Source: Methanotrichaceae archaeon
GTDB taxonomy: Archaea > Halobacteriota > Methanosarcinia > Methanotrichales > Methanotrichaceae
Assembly: GCA_963754945.1 (NCBI GenBank)
Contig: CAVWIG010000029.1
Coordinates: forward strand, 1-64,000
Length of the DNA stretch: 64,000 bases
Direction: 5' to 3'
In this document: positions 30,216 through 41,866 of the stretch, piece after piece
Numbering within the stretch: position 1 is the first letter of the stretch
Layout: every line of letters begins with the position of its first letter
Made by a program: the position numbers and the translations under genes
The notes under the pieces: model-generated
The model's input: the letters and a program-made list of their open reading frames with translations, nothing else
Databases searched by the model: none
Told to the model about the DNA's origin: nothing

Positions 30216-31565
30216 TTCCAAGACACTCGGTTTCATGCTTTTTTTGTTTTTGTAGTTCAAAGGTTATAGCGTTATAGCTTATTCAAACTTCTCGCTATTT
30301 ATTTTCAATCCCATCTATACCAAATGTGATAGCACACAAGTCCCTGCAGAAGAAAATGAAGGTAGGGATGAAGATTTGATTGATATGCCAAATGAAGTTT
30401 TATCGAAATTCATATAAAGTCGTAATTCAATCTGGTCTTCTGATGACGGCCTTGCTTGTTACAAATTAACTGTGGGAGGGAGAATACATGATTAAAAAGA
30501 TCATATCTATAAAATCCGTTGGCTTATTTAATAATAATTCTCAAGACGTAGATCTTAAAAAATTTAATATTATCTATGGGGAGAATGGAAGAGGTAAGAG
30601 TACCCTATCGATTATTTTACGTTCTCTCTGTTCTGGTGAACCCAGTCATATTTTGGAGCGCCGAACTATAGATTCCGCCAATCAACCAGAAGTTCGGTTA
30701 TTATTAGAACCTTCAATCTTCACGACCTTTAAAGATGGCAAGTGGAATAGAATTTTATCCAATCTAGAAATATTCGATAGTTATTTTATAAGTAACAACA
30801 TATATTCAGGAAACACTATAGACATTGACCAAAGAAGAAACCTTCATCAATTTGTAATAGGTCAAGACGGAGTTAAAAATGCTAATGCAGTAAGTCATTG
30901 CGATAAAGTATTAAAATCTATAAATAATTTGATTTCAAAGTATGAAGGAAAGATCCAACAGAATATATCTGGGACAAGCGTAAATGTTTCCAAGTTCGTT
31001 GGGCTTAAGCATGATTCTACTTCATCTGTTAATATTGATGACGAAATTATCGCTAAAAGGAATGAAGTGGATGCTCTAAAAAAAGGGAAAGAAATCATTG
31101 CAAGGCCACCTTTGGAATATTTGTCAATGCCAACAATACCGAGAGACCGCTTAGAAGAATTATTGTCTAAAACCCTCGATGATATATCTAAGGATGCCGA
31201 AAGAATCACACACGAACATATTCATGGGTACTTGGATCAGGAGGGAGTGAATTGGATACAGACGGGATTCAATTACATCAGAAACGATACATGTCCGTTC
31301 TGTGGTCAACGCATTTTAGAAAATCCACTAATTAGCGCATATCAAAATTATTTCGACGCGACATACGTTTCATTTAAAAAAGAGATTTGTGATTTTTCCG
31401 ATGAGATAAGAAACAATTTTTCGGATGATAAGCTATTAACCATTCAGAAGACTCTTACGTCAAACGATCTCATGATCGAGTTTTGGAAAGATTATATTCC
31501 TTTGGAGTATAATTCTTTAGCCTTCACAGATATACAAGATATCTGGAATAATGTTCTTTCCCTAA

Positions 31566-33838
31566 TAGAACTTACGCAGTTGAATCTTTCGACAATGAAT
31601 AATAAGGATATTTTATATATTCGCGAATTGACTCGCGAATAATTCTTCGCTTAGATTCGAACCAACTTATTCCTATTCTAAGCCTTTCTACTTCTAATCT
31701 GAGAAACGCTCTCAGGGAGAACATTATGTGTGCTCTCTGGGACTGACTTTTTCTTGCTTGACAGCTTTCGACTCCACAGAATTGCTTTATGCCTCTGTGA
31801 TATTCCTCAATCTTCCAGGAATATCCACCAAATTTTTCGCGTTTAGCTTCGTCTATCTCCAGCACGTCAGTTGCCCAGTATCCTATGTCACCGTCATTAG
31901 AGACTATTCGGAATACTTTTATAAAACCATAAGCTTTTAAATGCACTTCCCTGCCTTGCAACGGTATCTCTATCTCCTGAATTTGCATATTTTTGGTGTT
32001 ATTCGGATTCACTAGTGCACCATAACATTAATTTTGCAAATTAATATAATGCCTGTTTAGCTTTAATCTTGCATCATTCTTCGTGAATTTCCATCTTACA
32101 GTAGTTTTTTTTGCGTTACGTTCTTGTGCCCACACCGAAGCCTCTTTGGTTAAAGTATCGATGTCTCCAATCCGACGATCGAGGCATTGCTTCGATAGGG
32201 CTGAGAGTTCTATCTCAGCCATGTTGAGCCAGCTACCTTTCTTTGGCGTATAATAATATTCGAACTCCTTAGCCAGCTCAAACGCCTCTTCAGGCGCAAA
32301 AGCATTATAAAATGAGCCTGAAGTATGCGTATTGAGATTATCCTGGACCAATCGAATGGATTCTACACCTGGATATTGCTGGGTAAGTTCTTTCATGAAA
32401 TGGGCGTAGTCCACCCTTGTCCTGTGCTCCATGACACGAATCATTCTTTTTCCTGCATGAAGATCAAAAGCAATAAGGATGCAACATGTCCCGTTACGGA
32501 CGTATTCATAATGCACCTTCTTCGGACTGCCTGGTTTCATGGGTATAGGCACTAAGACATCGCCTATCAGTTGGCATGGCCTCTCGTCGAAACAAACCAC
32601 AGGATGCCTCGGATCATATGGTTGCTCGTACAGAGTTAATACATTTTCCATGTTCCAGATATATTCGCTCGTCATGCTCCCTATGCACCATCGCTGTTTG
32701 AGCCATGGCTTTATTTCATTTTTTTTAACGCTCTGCAAACGCTCATTCCTGAGATCGAGTCCACTTCCCCCAGCTCAACAAGCTTGTCGGCCAATAGATT
32801 CAGCGTCCATCTCGATCTGCCTTCAGGCGGATCTGAGCAAGCAATGCCGGTCAGTTTAGCCTCAACTCGTGCATCTATCTTCGGAGGCGCTCCACTGCGA
32901 GATCTTTCATTCAATGCAGATTCCAGGCCACCCTCGAAATATCTCTTTCTTATCCTCACTATTGTCGTTCTGCTCGCCTTCAATGCATCAATGATCTCCG
33001 CATCGGATTGCCCTCCATCGGCCAGGAGCAGTATTCTTGCGCGAGTTAAACTCCTTGCAGACGACTTCCCACGACGGATGTACTGGTTCAACTCTTCTCG
33101 TTCTTTCTCTTCCAGTTTCACACAGAATTTTGTTTTTCTTGCCACGATCTATATTCTAGACCTTTTATAAGATTTAAAACTTGCGTTATGGTGCACTAGC
33201 CTATTTTTCTTCAATCGGGTCAGCCAGTGCCATCCAGACTTTCGTATGGTTTTGAGATTATCTACACTGGCATACCAGCTATCGAAGAGAACAATACAGG
33301 GCTGAAAACGCCGTTCTTTTGCTTTGGCAAGCATATCTCGAAAATGATCATTTTTTGTCTTGCCGTCGACATCTATATCGTAGATTCGGAAATCAACGGG
33401 AATTATAGCGTTTCCATCTGTCCACAGCAACGTACAAATATTGATTCCATTCACCAATCGATGCTGTTTTCCACTCCATTGATGATAGACTAGGCTCATA
33501 TTTTTAGCATATGGCTTGTCCAACGTCGTATCGTCAATAACCAAGAAACCATTTTGAGGCTGAACAATATCCTTTACCTCATTCCACAACGTATCCGTAT
33601 CTGGAGGCTGTCTTTGTAGAAGACGGGTAAATGCATCATGCGATGGACTATTTTCTCCTACTGGCTGGCACCTTGCAGCCTCAGTACAGGTAAAAACATC
33701 TACTGATGCTATCAGAAAGTGAATATAATCAAGATCATCGCACTTGGAAGGATTCAAGTTCAGCCCTATCCCATTTATTTGTTGGTATTAATATAGCATA
33801 TGCAATATAAGAAGATTCTGCCAAGTGCGTAAGTCCTA
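31566..33838 (-). mobile_element. IS701-family element (transposase about 33757-31572), itself interrupted by an IS630
   Basis: TIRs TAGAACTTACGCAGTTG / CAAGTGCGTAAGTCCTA; 5-bp TSD CCTAA; DDTTLDK, FDSWY, WKIEEYHRGIKQ. Confidence 0.9.
32015..33196 (-). mobile_element. IS630-family element nested in the IS701 transposase (OrfA 33145-32711, OrfB to 32028, A-run frameshift)
   Basis: TIRs GTGCACCATAAC / GTTATGGTGCAC, TA duplication; VCFDE, QDN, SWLNMAEIE. Confidence 0.92.
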
Positions 33839-34592
33839 CCTAATTAAGGGCCATCTGAGGAAAAAGGAACTCAATCCACTTGAACGCGCAGAATTAGAAT
33901 CAAATTTGGCGGTCAAATTTCGATCCTATAAGTTTACTTTGGAATCCATCAAAAATTATAATAAAACTATAGTGGATGTAAATATAAAAATCGATGATAA
34001 AAAGAAGTCAATTAAAGATGGAGATCTCAATAGAGCAGAAATGGATCTCGAAATTATGCGGAATAAAAAAATAAGATTGAAACCTGAAGTGGATGCACTT
34101 TGTACTCGTTATAACCAATTGCTAAAAAGCAGATCTAAATTAACAGATAAAAAGATGAAGGCAAAAGCATTTCTTGACTCATATACCTCCACAGTTTTTA
34201 GCGAATATGAATCCAGTATTAATGAATACCTTGAAACGTGTGGCGCGGGTTTTGGAATTGAAGAGGTCAAGACTACTTATGTAGGCGGTCCAGCTAGTGT
34301 AATTTATAGACTTTCAATTAGAGGGACAACAGTTGATCTATCAACGCCAAAGAGTTCTAAGTGTAGTCCTAGTTTCAAAAATACCCTTAGTGAAGGTGAT
34401 AAAAGTACTTTGGCTTTTATCTTCTTCCTTTCCAAACTTGATCGTGACTCAAATATATCAAATAAAATAGTCATATTCGATGATCCGGTATCAAGCTTGG
34501 ACGGTCATAGGAGAAGTTTTACTCAGCAACAAATCATAAGATTAAGTCAATGCTGTGAACAAGTAATAATCTTAACTCACGATCTTTATTTT

Positions 34593-36460
34593 TAAGTGAA
34601 TACCCCGCAGCTTGCTGCGGGGATGAGCATGAAAACCGACTTAAGGGTAGTTGCATATTCGGCTTATGGTTAAATTAGGAAGGGCGAATCATTGCGTGTA
34701 CAAAATTAGGTATCACATGGTTCTATGTATAAAGTATAGAAAGAAATTACTTTCTGGAAATAATAAGATTGAATATTTCAAGTATATTTGCTCAGAATTG
34801 GGAGAACGATATCAATTTGTATTTGATGCCATTGGGACTGATGGAGATCACATACATATTTTCGTTGGAGCAGCTCCAAAGCATTCGCCATCAAGGATTA
34901 TGCAAATAATAAAAAGCATAACCGCAAGAGAAATTTTCAAAAGATTTCCTGAAATCAAAAAAGCACTTTGGGGCAGCGAATTTTGGAGCGATGGGGGATA
35001 TATTGGGACGGTAGGTGATGGGATATTATGGTAGTGTGCCGAGATTTCTGTAATTTGGAGTTGCCCTGTATCCCAACATACTCAATCAGCATCCATAGAT
35101 AAATACTTTTTAGCGGTCAGCCATTCTTCGTTGATATCGATGAGGATCGAAACCCCTAACCTCATGAACGAGCTCTCACTTGGGAAGGCACCGACTACCC
35201 TGGATCTTCTTTTCAGCTCCTTGTTGATCCTCTCCAGCCCGTTTGTAGTCCGAATCCTTCTCCAGTGACCTCTGGGGAATGCCCTGTAATTCCACAGACT
35301 GAATCTGAAGCGGTCGATAGTGTCAGCAGATTTCGCATAACCTCTTTCCCTCAATTCTTTCGCTAAGTCCTGTATCTTGATTTCGTCTTCCAGAGCGATC
35401 TTGATCTTATCGGCGATCTCCTTATGATACTTCTTGGCAACGTTTCTCAAGACCGCTCTTGAAAAGTGAACGTGACACATTTGCCATGAAGCACCAAGAA
35501 ATGATTTCTCAACCGCTTTCTGGATTCCCTTATGACCATCTGATATCACGAGCTTTACTCCGGACAACCCACGATCCGCCAGATCTTGAAATAATCCCGA
35601 CCAGAAGAGTTCATCTTCACTGTCAGCTATTCTTGCGCCAAGTATCTCGCGATAACCGTCATCTCTAACACCTGTGACGATCATGAAAGCTTTGGTAACA
35701 TATCTTGATTCTGTTCTTACTTTGAAGTAGCTTGCATCTACATAAAGATAAGGAATAGGACGTTCGATAGGTTTCTTCAGGAATTCTTCTACCTTCTCGT
35801 CAAGCTCTTTGGATATCCTGGAAACGCTAGAGGCAGATAAATTCTCGATGCCAAATCGAGAGACAATATCTTGGATTCTCCTGGTTGAAACCCCCTGGAG
35901 ATACGATTCGAGTACAGCGTTGACCAAAGCCTTCTCTACGCGCGAAAATCTGTCGAACACCTTGGTTTCGAAGGAAATTTCACGGAATTGAGGTTTCTTG
36001 AGTCGGAGCTCTCCAACTCGCGTCTTCAGAGATCTTTCCTTGTAGCCATTCCTATGTGCCTTTCGGGATTCGACTCTCTGATACGGTTCTGCATCTGCCT
36101 GTTGCGCCGCTTCTAGCTGCATTACAAGGTTCAAGAACCAGGTCAGAAGCTTCTTTAGTCCATCTTCCTGATCGATAAGGTAATCTTCCAAGAGTGCTAT
36201 GGGTATCATGGTCCTGTGTCCTCCTTTTCTCAAGATTGGATAGGATACAGGGCCGATAATCATTCTTATTATCAAAGTACAGAAAAATCGTTACACTGCC
36301 GATATTATCGGACATAATTCGCAATTATGTCGAAATGCAAGGAACAACGGAAGAAAAAGAAGGATTTATGCAAATGAGTTTGCTTGAATTCGATTAACTT
36401 GGCGGCGGCGGGAACATGCCCCGCCTGCTTGCAGCGGGGTCCGCCGCCGCAACGTTTGAC
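34593..36460 (+). mobile_element. tnpA: IS200/IS605-family element with tnpA only, interrupted by an IS256
   Basis: End hairpins CCCCGCAGCTTGCTGCGGGG and CCCCGCCTGCTTGCAGCGGGG; HUH motif DHIHIF; catalytic YVEMQ recovered after 36308; no TSD. Confidence 0.9.
35030..36300 (-). mobile_element. IS256-family element with intact transposase (about 36209-35082)
   Basis: Imperfect TIRs GGTAGTGT.../...TTACACTGCC; 8-bp TSD GATATTAT; RNGY, YLYVDA, ISDGH, RTTNGLER. Confidence 0.93.
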
Positions 36461-36922
36461 TTAGCCCGCCAGATTTTTAACAATGCACGAGAAGAAATAT
36501 GTACCCTGCAAATTAAAAGAAAAGGAGATACTAGCGTTATTGAAAAATGGGATATCGAAAAGGATATACGTAGTGATTATTTTAAAAATTACGATATCAT
36601 TTCGGAATATCTTGAGAAAGGTTCCAGGGATAGTAGTCATCTAATTCAAGTTGCGAGATGTATTCGTCCACTTTTAGAGGGCTACTTACGAATTAAATTC
36701 CCAAAGGAATTTAACCCATCGGAATGGTTAGGTAATTTCCTGCATAAAATCGGACAAGCAAAAAGCGACGACCCTCTATTCAGCATGCAATCCAAGCTTG
36801 CCGAACTTGGATGCATAAACGACTACTCGAAGAAATATCATCACGATCAAAATCCCGGAGCTGATACAGAACATGTTAGCGATACTGAGCTTCAATCCTA
36901 TTCTAAAAGGGCCTTAAAGGTA

Positions 36923-38332
36923 CTGTACTTTCCAACTTTTTCGTATATTTATAATATCATCAGATTAAATTAGAATATAAATTTAATAAAAAAAATAAAA
37001 AGTAAGGGTTTTATACTAGGATCAAATTCTCTCTTTTGGGAGTAGAATGATCAAAATAATAAAGGTACCATTACAATTAGAGCCGTTCTTGAATGAATTT
37101 CAGGATCTTTTTACGAAACCGAGTTATGGATCGTTTCGAGATTTGTGTGGAGCGTTAAGCGTGTGTGATAAATCCAAGACCGTTTCCAACCTTTGTGATA
37201 CTATGGCCGAATGTAGGAAAGGAAAAAAAGCACGCTCTTCGTACAATTGGTTCTTTAGCGATGCGAATTGGGACGAGGATGAAGTTGCTCAACGCAAAGT
37301 GGACCTTTTTATTGAGAAATTATGTTTAAAAGAAAATGATAGAATGTTGTTAATAATTGATGACACATACAATGAGAAGGAAGGAACTCAAACGGAAGGT
37401 GTAGGAAAATTTTATGATCATAGTAAAGAAACCTACATTTGGGGTAACAATTTTGTTACCTCTGTTATCCAATCCAAAGGATTATTCATACCACATAAAG
37501 CTAAGATGTATATCAAGAATGATGACGAAAATGAGAATTTTAGAACAAAAATGGAGATTGCCTTGGACGAGATCATTGAACCATTAGAAGTACCAAAAAG
37601 CATGGACCTTTATATCGTTTTCGATAGCTGGTGGTTTTCTTCTGATCTCTTTAACAAGTGTCTCAAATTAGGGCATAATATAGTCTGCCAAATCAAATCT
37701 GATAAGAAAATCAGGATAAATAAGGACATGTGTTTTCAGGTTAGAGACTTAGCAAACCAAATTGAGGATAAGTATTTTATTAAGACAACTATTAGTGTTC
37801 GGGGCAAAAAGAAGACCTACTATGCATTTGAAAAGAAGGTAGTCATAGACAAGGTAGGCGAAGTTAAACTTGTAGTCTCAAAGAGAAAAAAGGAGAGCAC
37901 TACAAAATATTTTATAAGCACTAATGAATCGCTTTCGTCGAAAGAAATACTCTCAATTTACGAGGATAGATGGGATATCGAGACGGCCCACAGAGAGACA
38001 AATCAAAAATTAGGATTCAAAGATTACCAATTAAGAGAAAAACAATCAAATGAAAGATTTATTCAGCTAGTCTTCTCAGTATGGACTGCGATTCTCTTAT
38101 GGGAAATAGACAATCCGCCATCTGGGGACGGTTCAAATCCAAGAACTATGGGCGACATGATCGACCTAGTAAAAATGCAAGCATTAGGTGAAACATTTGA
38201 ATATGTGCTGATGTATTTTAATATACCCGTACCGGAAGGCGGATTGCTTTATATACTCAGAAGCATGGGATTGAAAATATAATTTGATATAATTTAGAAA
38301 ATATAAATAAAGGAGAAACTTGGAAAGTACAG
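36923..38332 (+). mobile_element. IS4/IS701-like DDE element (transposase 37047-38282)
   Basis: TIRs CTGTACTTTCCAA / TTGGAAAGTACAG; 8-bp TSD TAAAGGTA; IDDT, FDSWW, RWDIETAHR. Confidence 0.9.
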
Positions 38333-38516
38333 TAAAGGTAATACAAAGTTATTAGATGATGTTTATCATAATATTAACATTGTATTATGGCTAGTTGTTT
38401 AATCTTGGGCATACTTTTTTTAGGACAACGGAGTACCAACAAAGATTGTACCAATTCTTATCAACTCTCTTCGGATGACCGGAGAAATTAATAGGCAAGA
38501 AATCGAGATAGTAATC

Positions 38517-39125
38517 ATGGATAGCAAGATAGTCTATTTCGAGGATATCGGGCCTGAGAACACCGAGGCCACCTTCAGGCTGGTTTTAGAGAGGCAGAAG
38601 GCTCTAGGGATCAAGAAGCTGGTGCTGGCATCTACAACAGGAGCCACGGCCAAGAGGGCATCGGAGTTCTTCAAAGACGCGGGCGTCAAATTGATCGTGG
38701 TGCCTCACCAACACGATTTTCACAGGGATAAGAATGCCTTTCCGGATGGGCTGGTCAAAGCCTTAAGGGAATCCGGGCACGATGTGCACTTCGGTACCAT
38801 GCTCTTCCATACCAACGAACTGTACGAATCCACAACTCCCACGGTGATGGCCAACTTGCTCCGCTGCTTTTGCCAGGGAGTAAAGGTGTGCTTTGAAATC
38901 GTTCTCATGGTCACGGATGCGGGCCTAGCGACAAGCGGCGAGAAGGTTATAGCCATAGCCGGAACCGGCCGGGGATCTGATACCGCGCTGGTGATGCAAG
39001 CTGCTTCGTCCCAGCATCCGAAGAGACTTAGAGTTAACGAAATAATCTGCAAGCCGCTCAATCCGCTGAATATAGATGAGCTGCGAGAGATGCGGGAAGC
39101 AATTGCTCAGGAGAAAACTAAATAA
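38517..39125 (+). CDS. Pyruvate-kinase C-terminal alpha/beta-domain protein (conserved archaeal)
   Basis: YFEDIGPENT, LASTTGATA, QGVKVCFEI, AGTGRGSDTA. Confidence 0.85.
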   Translation: MDSKIVYFEDIGPENTEATFRLVLERQKALGIKKLVLASTTGATAKRASEFFKDAGVKLIVVPHQHDFHRDKNAFPDGLVKALRESGHDVHFGTMLFHTNELYESTTPTVMANLLRCFCQGVKVCFEIVLMVTDAGLATSGEKVIAIAGTGRGSDTALVMQAASSQHPKRLRVNEIICKPLNPLNIDELREMREAIAQEKTK

Positions 39126-39497
39126 GAATATTATTTTTTTTAGTATCATTAGAATATGTTGGTCGATACCGCCATCCACTGGATGTGCAGAGAAGCTAAG
39201 AGGGCGATGATAAGATGAAGGGTTATCCAGACTACTCTAGCTCATCGGTTAGTTCCACGTTCTTCTTTGTTCATTGCGCCTCATTGTACTGACGCGACTG
39301 TAGGTATCCTGGTAACGATCGAATCGCCCTACCAGCTCTGCAATCACCATTGGGGCCGCCAGTTTCATCCCACCACGCGCACCCATCACCTTGGTACATG
39401 AAAATGTTTATGCAGGAAGCTCCTGAGTTTCTGTTCTAGTCGCCTCAGCATCCAAGGAAACCATTGATATTTATCCTTTCAAATTCCTTCTATCTGT

Positions 39498-40331
39498 ATG
39501 CCTAAGTTGAAGCCTCCTGAAGAAGTACAAAGAGGCAGTGAAGAAGAAAGCCTGGAACCCATACCGGGCCATCCAACCTGGTCCGGCAGCATCAGCATGG
39601 GACTGGTCAACATTCCGGTCCGGGCAATCCCAATCACATTAGAGAGGAAGATCAGCTTTCGGATGCTGCACCAGAAGTGCAAAACGCCCATCTCATACAA
39701 GCTTTTCTGCGAAGAGGGAGACGAGGTTTCCAAGAGCGAGATAGCTTACGGCTACAAGCTGAAAGGACACGACTATCTGGTCTTCGACAAAAGAGAGATA
39801 GCTTCAGCAAAACCCGTGTCCAGCAAGTTGATCGAGCTTGATATGTTCATTGAATTCTTCCAGGTGGACCCGCACTACTTCGAGAGGACTTTCCTCCTCA
39901 TACCTGACAACTCGGAGAAGCCCTATGCCTTACTCAGGAAAGTCCTGGAGAAGACCGGCCTGGCAGCTATAGGTAAGGTGACCATGAGCACCAAGGAGAG
40001 AGTCGTCCTCATCCATTACTACCATAATGCCATCGTCGCAACCACCCTGCGATACCCGGACGAGGTGACGGACCCCGCGCACTATGCGGAGATAAGGGAT
40101 CTGCCGGAGGCTAACGAGGAGGAGCTAGCCCTGATGACGAAGATAGTGGATAAGCTCACGGTGGACCTGGACCTCAGCATATTCCATGACGGCTACAAGG
40201 AACGGATCGAGGCCCTGATCAAATCCAAGATGAAAGGCGAGGTTGCACAGGTGCATGAGAAGAGGCCGAAGAAGCCTGTGGCCAAGAGCATGATGGAGGC
40301 GCTGAGGGAGACGGCGGAATCCTTGAAGTGA
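39498..40331 (+). CDS. ku: Prokaryotic Ku (NHEJ DNA-end-binding) protein
   Basis: WSGSISMGLVNIPV, YFERTFLL, KPYALLR, TLRYPDEV, MMEALRET. Confidence 0.93.
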   Translation: MPKLKPPEEVQRGSEEESLEPIPGHPTWSGSISMGLVNIPVRAIPITLERKISFRMLHQKCKTPISYKLFCEEGDEVSKSEIAYGYKLKGHDYLVFDKREIASAKPVSSKLIELDMFIEFFQVDPHYFERTFLLIPDNSEKPYALLRKVLEKTGLAAIGKVTMSTKERVVLIHYYHNAIVATTLRYPDEVTDPAHYAEIRDLPEANEEELALMTKIVDKLTVDLDLSIFHDGYKERIEALIKSKMKGEVAQVHEKRPKKPVAKSMMEALRETAESLK

Positions 40332-40848
40332 CTTCGGAGTGTCGCTAAAGCTTATATCTGGTGCCTCTTATTATGAGTCTGACTTTGCATAGGCCGAGTC
40401 ACTTAGGCCGATTCACTTTTTTCGTATTTCTCTCGTAATTCTCGTCTCGCCATTTTTGACAATCCTCCAGGTTCTTCTTGGAGAATTCGGTAAGGGGAAG
40501 TAGATCCATACTCATAACATAGTCACTCCTTATTATGTCCCAGTAATGGAAGATCTGATTTAAAACCTTTTTGGTATCTGTCTTAATATTTTTATTGATT
40601 CCCTCGACGAAGCTAGCGTCCTATCCAATAGGAAACTCGCCTCCGATACCGTTAATCCTCCAGTGTCCTTCGAAATTCCGTTCCAAGAAGCCCTATTTTC
40701 TAGAATTTTGTATGATACTATATTTAAATTTTATTTATTAAAACGTATCCTGGTTGCGTAGATAAGCGTAAGATGGGTTGCCCGGACCATTAAGAAAAGG
40801 AGGTAGGATGATGACGAGACTAATAGTCCAGGCGGGAGGTGTGTCATG

Positions 40849-41172
40849 CTAACTGATGGTTGACAGGTCGGCTAGTCCGGGTTTGACGCCGTTGGGCACG
40901 ACCTTATAGATTGTACCATAGATCTTTACTTGGACGTAGCCGTCCTTGACCGATGCATCGTAGTCGTGAGTGGCCAGGAAGAAGGCCAGATCATTTGGCG
41001 TCATGTGGGTATCTTCGTTCTGCGAGATTAACTTCGAGTGTTCAGTGCTCTCGGTTACCCCAGATGCATAGCGCGCAAGTCCGAATGCAATGCAGATCAA
41101 GACGGCAAGTAAGGACGGTACAATCTGTCTCGCATCATGGTAGTTAGATAGAGCTTCAGCTAATATATACAC
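40849..41172 (-). CDS. Hypothetical small protein, possibly secreted; start uncertain
   Basis: Hydrophobic stretch followed by DLAFFLATH..DGYVQV. Confidence 0.45.
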   Translation of the reverse strand: MYILAEALSNYHDARQIVPSLLAVLICIAFGLARYASGVTESTEHSKLISQNEDTHMTPNDLAFFLATHDYDASVKDGYVQVKIYGTIYKVVPNGVKPGLADLSTIS

Positions 41173-41257
41173 ACAAGAAAAAAGTCTTCTAAGTGTTAAG
41201 TAGAATCATTGCTAAGGTATCAGTAATACGAATTCACCTCGTATAATTTATTCCAAG

Positions 41258-41292
41258 TGAAGCAACCCTGGGGCTTCAGCCCCCGAGCTTGC
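41258..41292 (-). mobile_element. IS200/IS605-type end hairpin remnant
   Basis: Minus strand reads a CTCGGGG..GAAG..CCCCAGGG hairpin ending in TTGCTTCAC, typical of IS605/tnpB right ends. Confidence 0.5.
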
Positions 41293-41399
41293 TATTCATT
41301 TGAGGGTTAGCCGTCTTTCATTTGTCCTAAAATCGGTTTCCTATCGACAACTACAAATACCTATAACGAGTATATAAGTAGTTTGCCGCTTCATGCATA

Positions 41400-41866
41400 G
41401 GGTGGCGGGTGTACCGTGGGCTTAACGTACCGATAATGCTCTGAACGCAAGGGAAAAGGTGTTTGCTCCTGAGCGGGGCAGCATACGGTGGCTCCTAGGG
41501 CTGACCGATCAAGAAATTCCTTGATGAAGAGGTGCATGCCTTCGTGGCAGTGCATTCGGCTACGAGCCTGTTGGGCTGAAATTCGGCAGAGGAAAGTTGC
41601 ACGCCGTAATTTGCGTAGCAATCTGCCGACAGGCTTAACGCTAATACACGGTCGGGGCATGACGCGGCACATGCCAAAGGCAGAAGTCGAGCACGAGGCC
41701 CTGCATCTTGCGATGATTGGGTCCCTATGAAAGGGGCGCTGTGTGAAATTCCAGTGCTGTGCCGCCTTCTAGCCCAGGCGTATAATCGAACTCTGAGCTG
41801 GGTCTGGCCTGCACACTGACAGGTTCCTTCTACAAGGGCGCTGTGGATCGGCGTTGGCCCCGCCTG
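41400..41866 (+). ncRNA. Candidate large (~470 nt) structured ncRNA (copy B)
   Basis: TATATAA box at 41371; near-continuous hairpins with G-U pairs favouring the + strand; 5' GGCGGG pairs with 3' CCCGCC; homologous to 242-557 on the minus strand. Confidence 0.65.

Larger units (their letters stand above)
30488..38355 (+). pseudogene. RloC-like AAA_13 (SMC/Rad50-type) ATPase split into four pieces by IS insertions (30488-31565, 33844-34592, 36461-36922, 38341-38355)
   Basis: Walker A GENGRGKST, zinc hook CPFCGQ, signature LSEGD, Walker B/D-loop IFDDPVSSLD, switch THD; pieces rejoin in frame to 767 aa. Confidence 0.88.

Noticed and set aside
39190-39420. GC-richer intergenic tract upstream of ku
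   Set aside because: No convincing stems or motifs shared with the ncRNA candidates, and only a ~42-codon featureless minus-strand frame
41588-41640. GAGGAAAG and GGCTTA resembling RNase P RNA conserved regions
   Set aside because: They sit mid-molecule only about 40 nt apart inside one nested hairpin; the P4-forming and ACAGAA elements are missing
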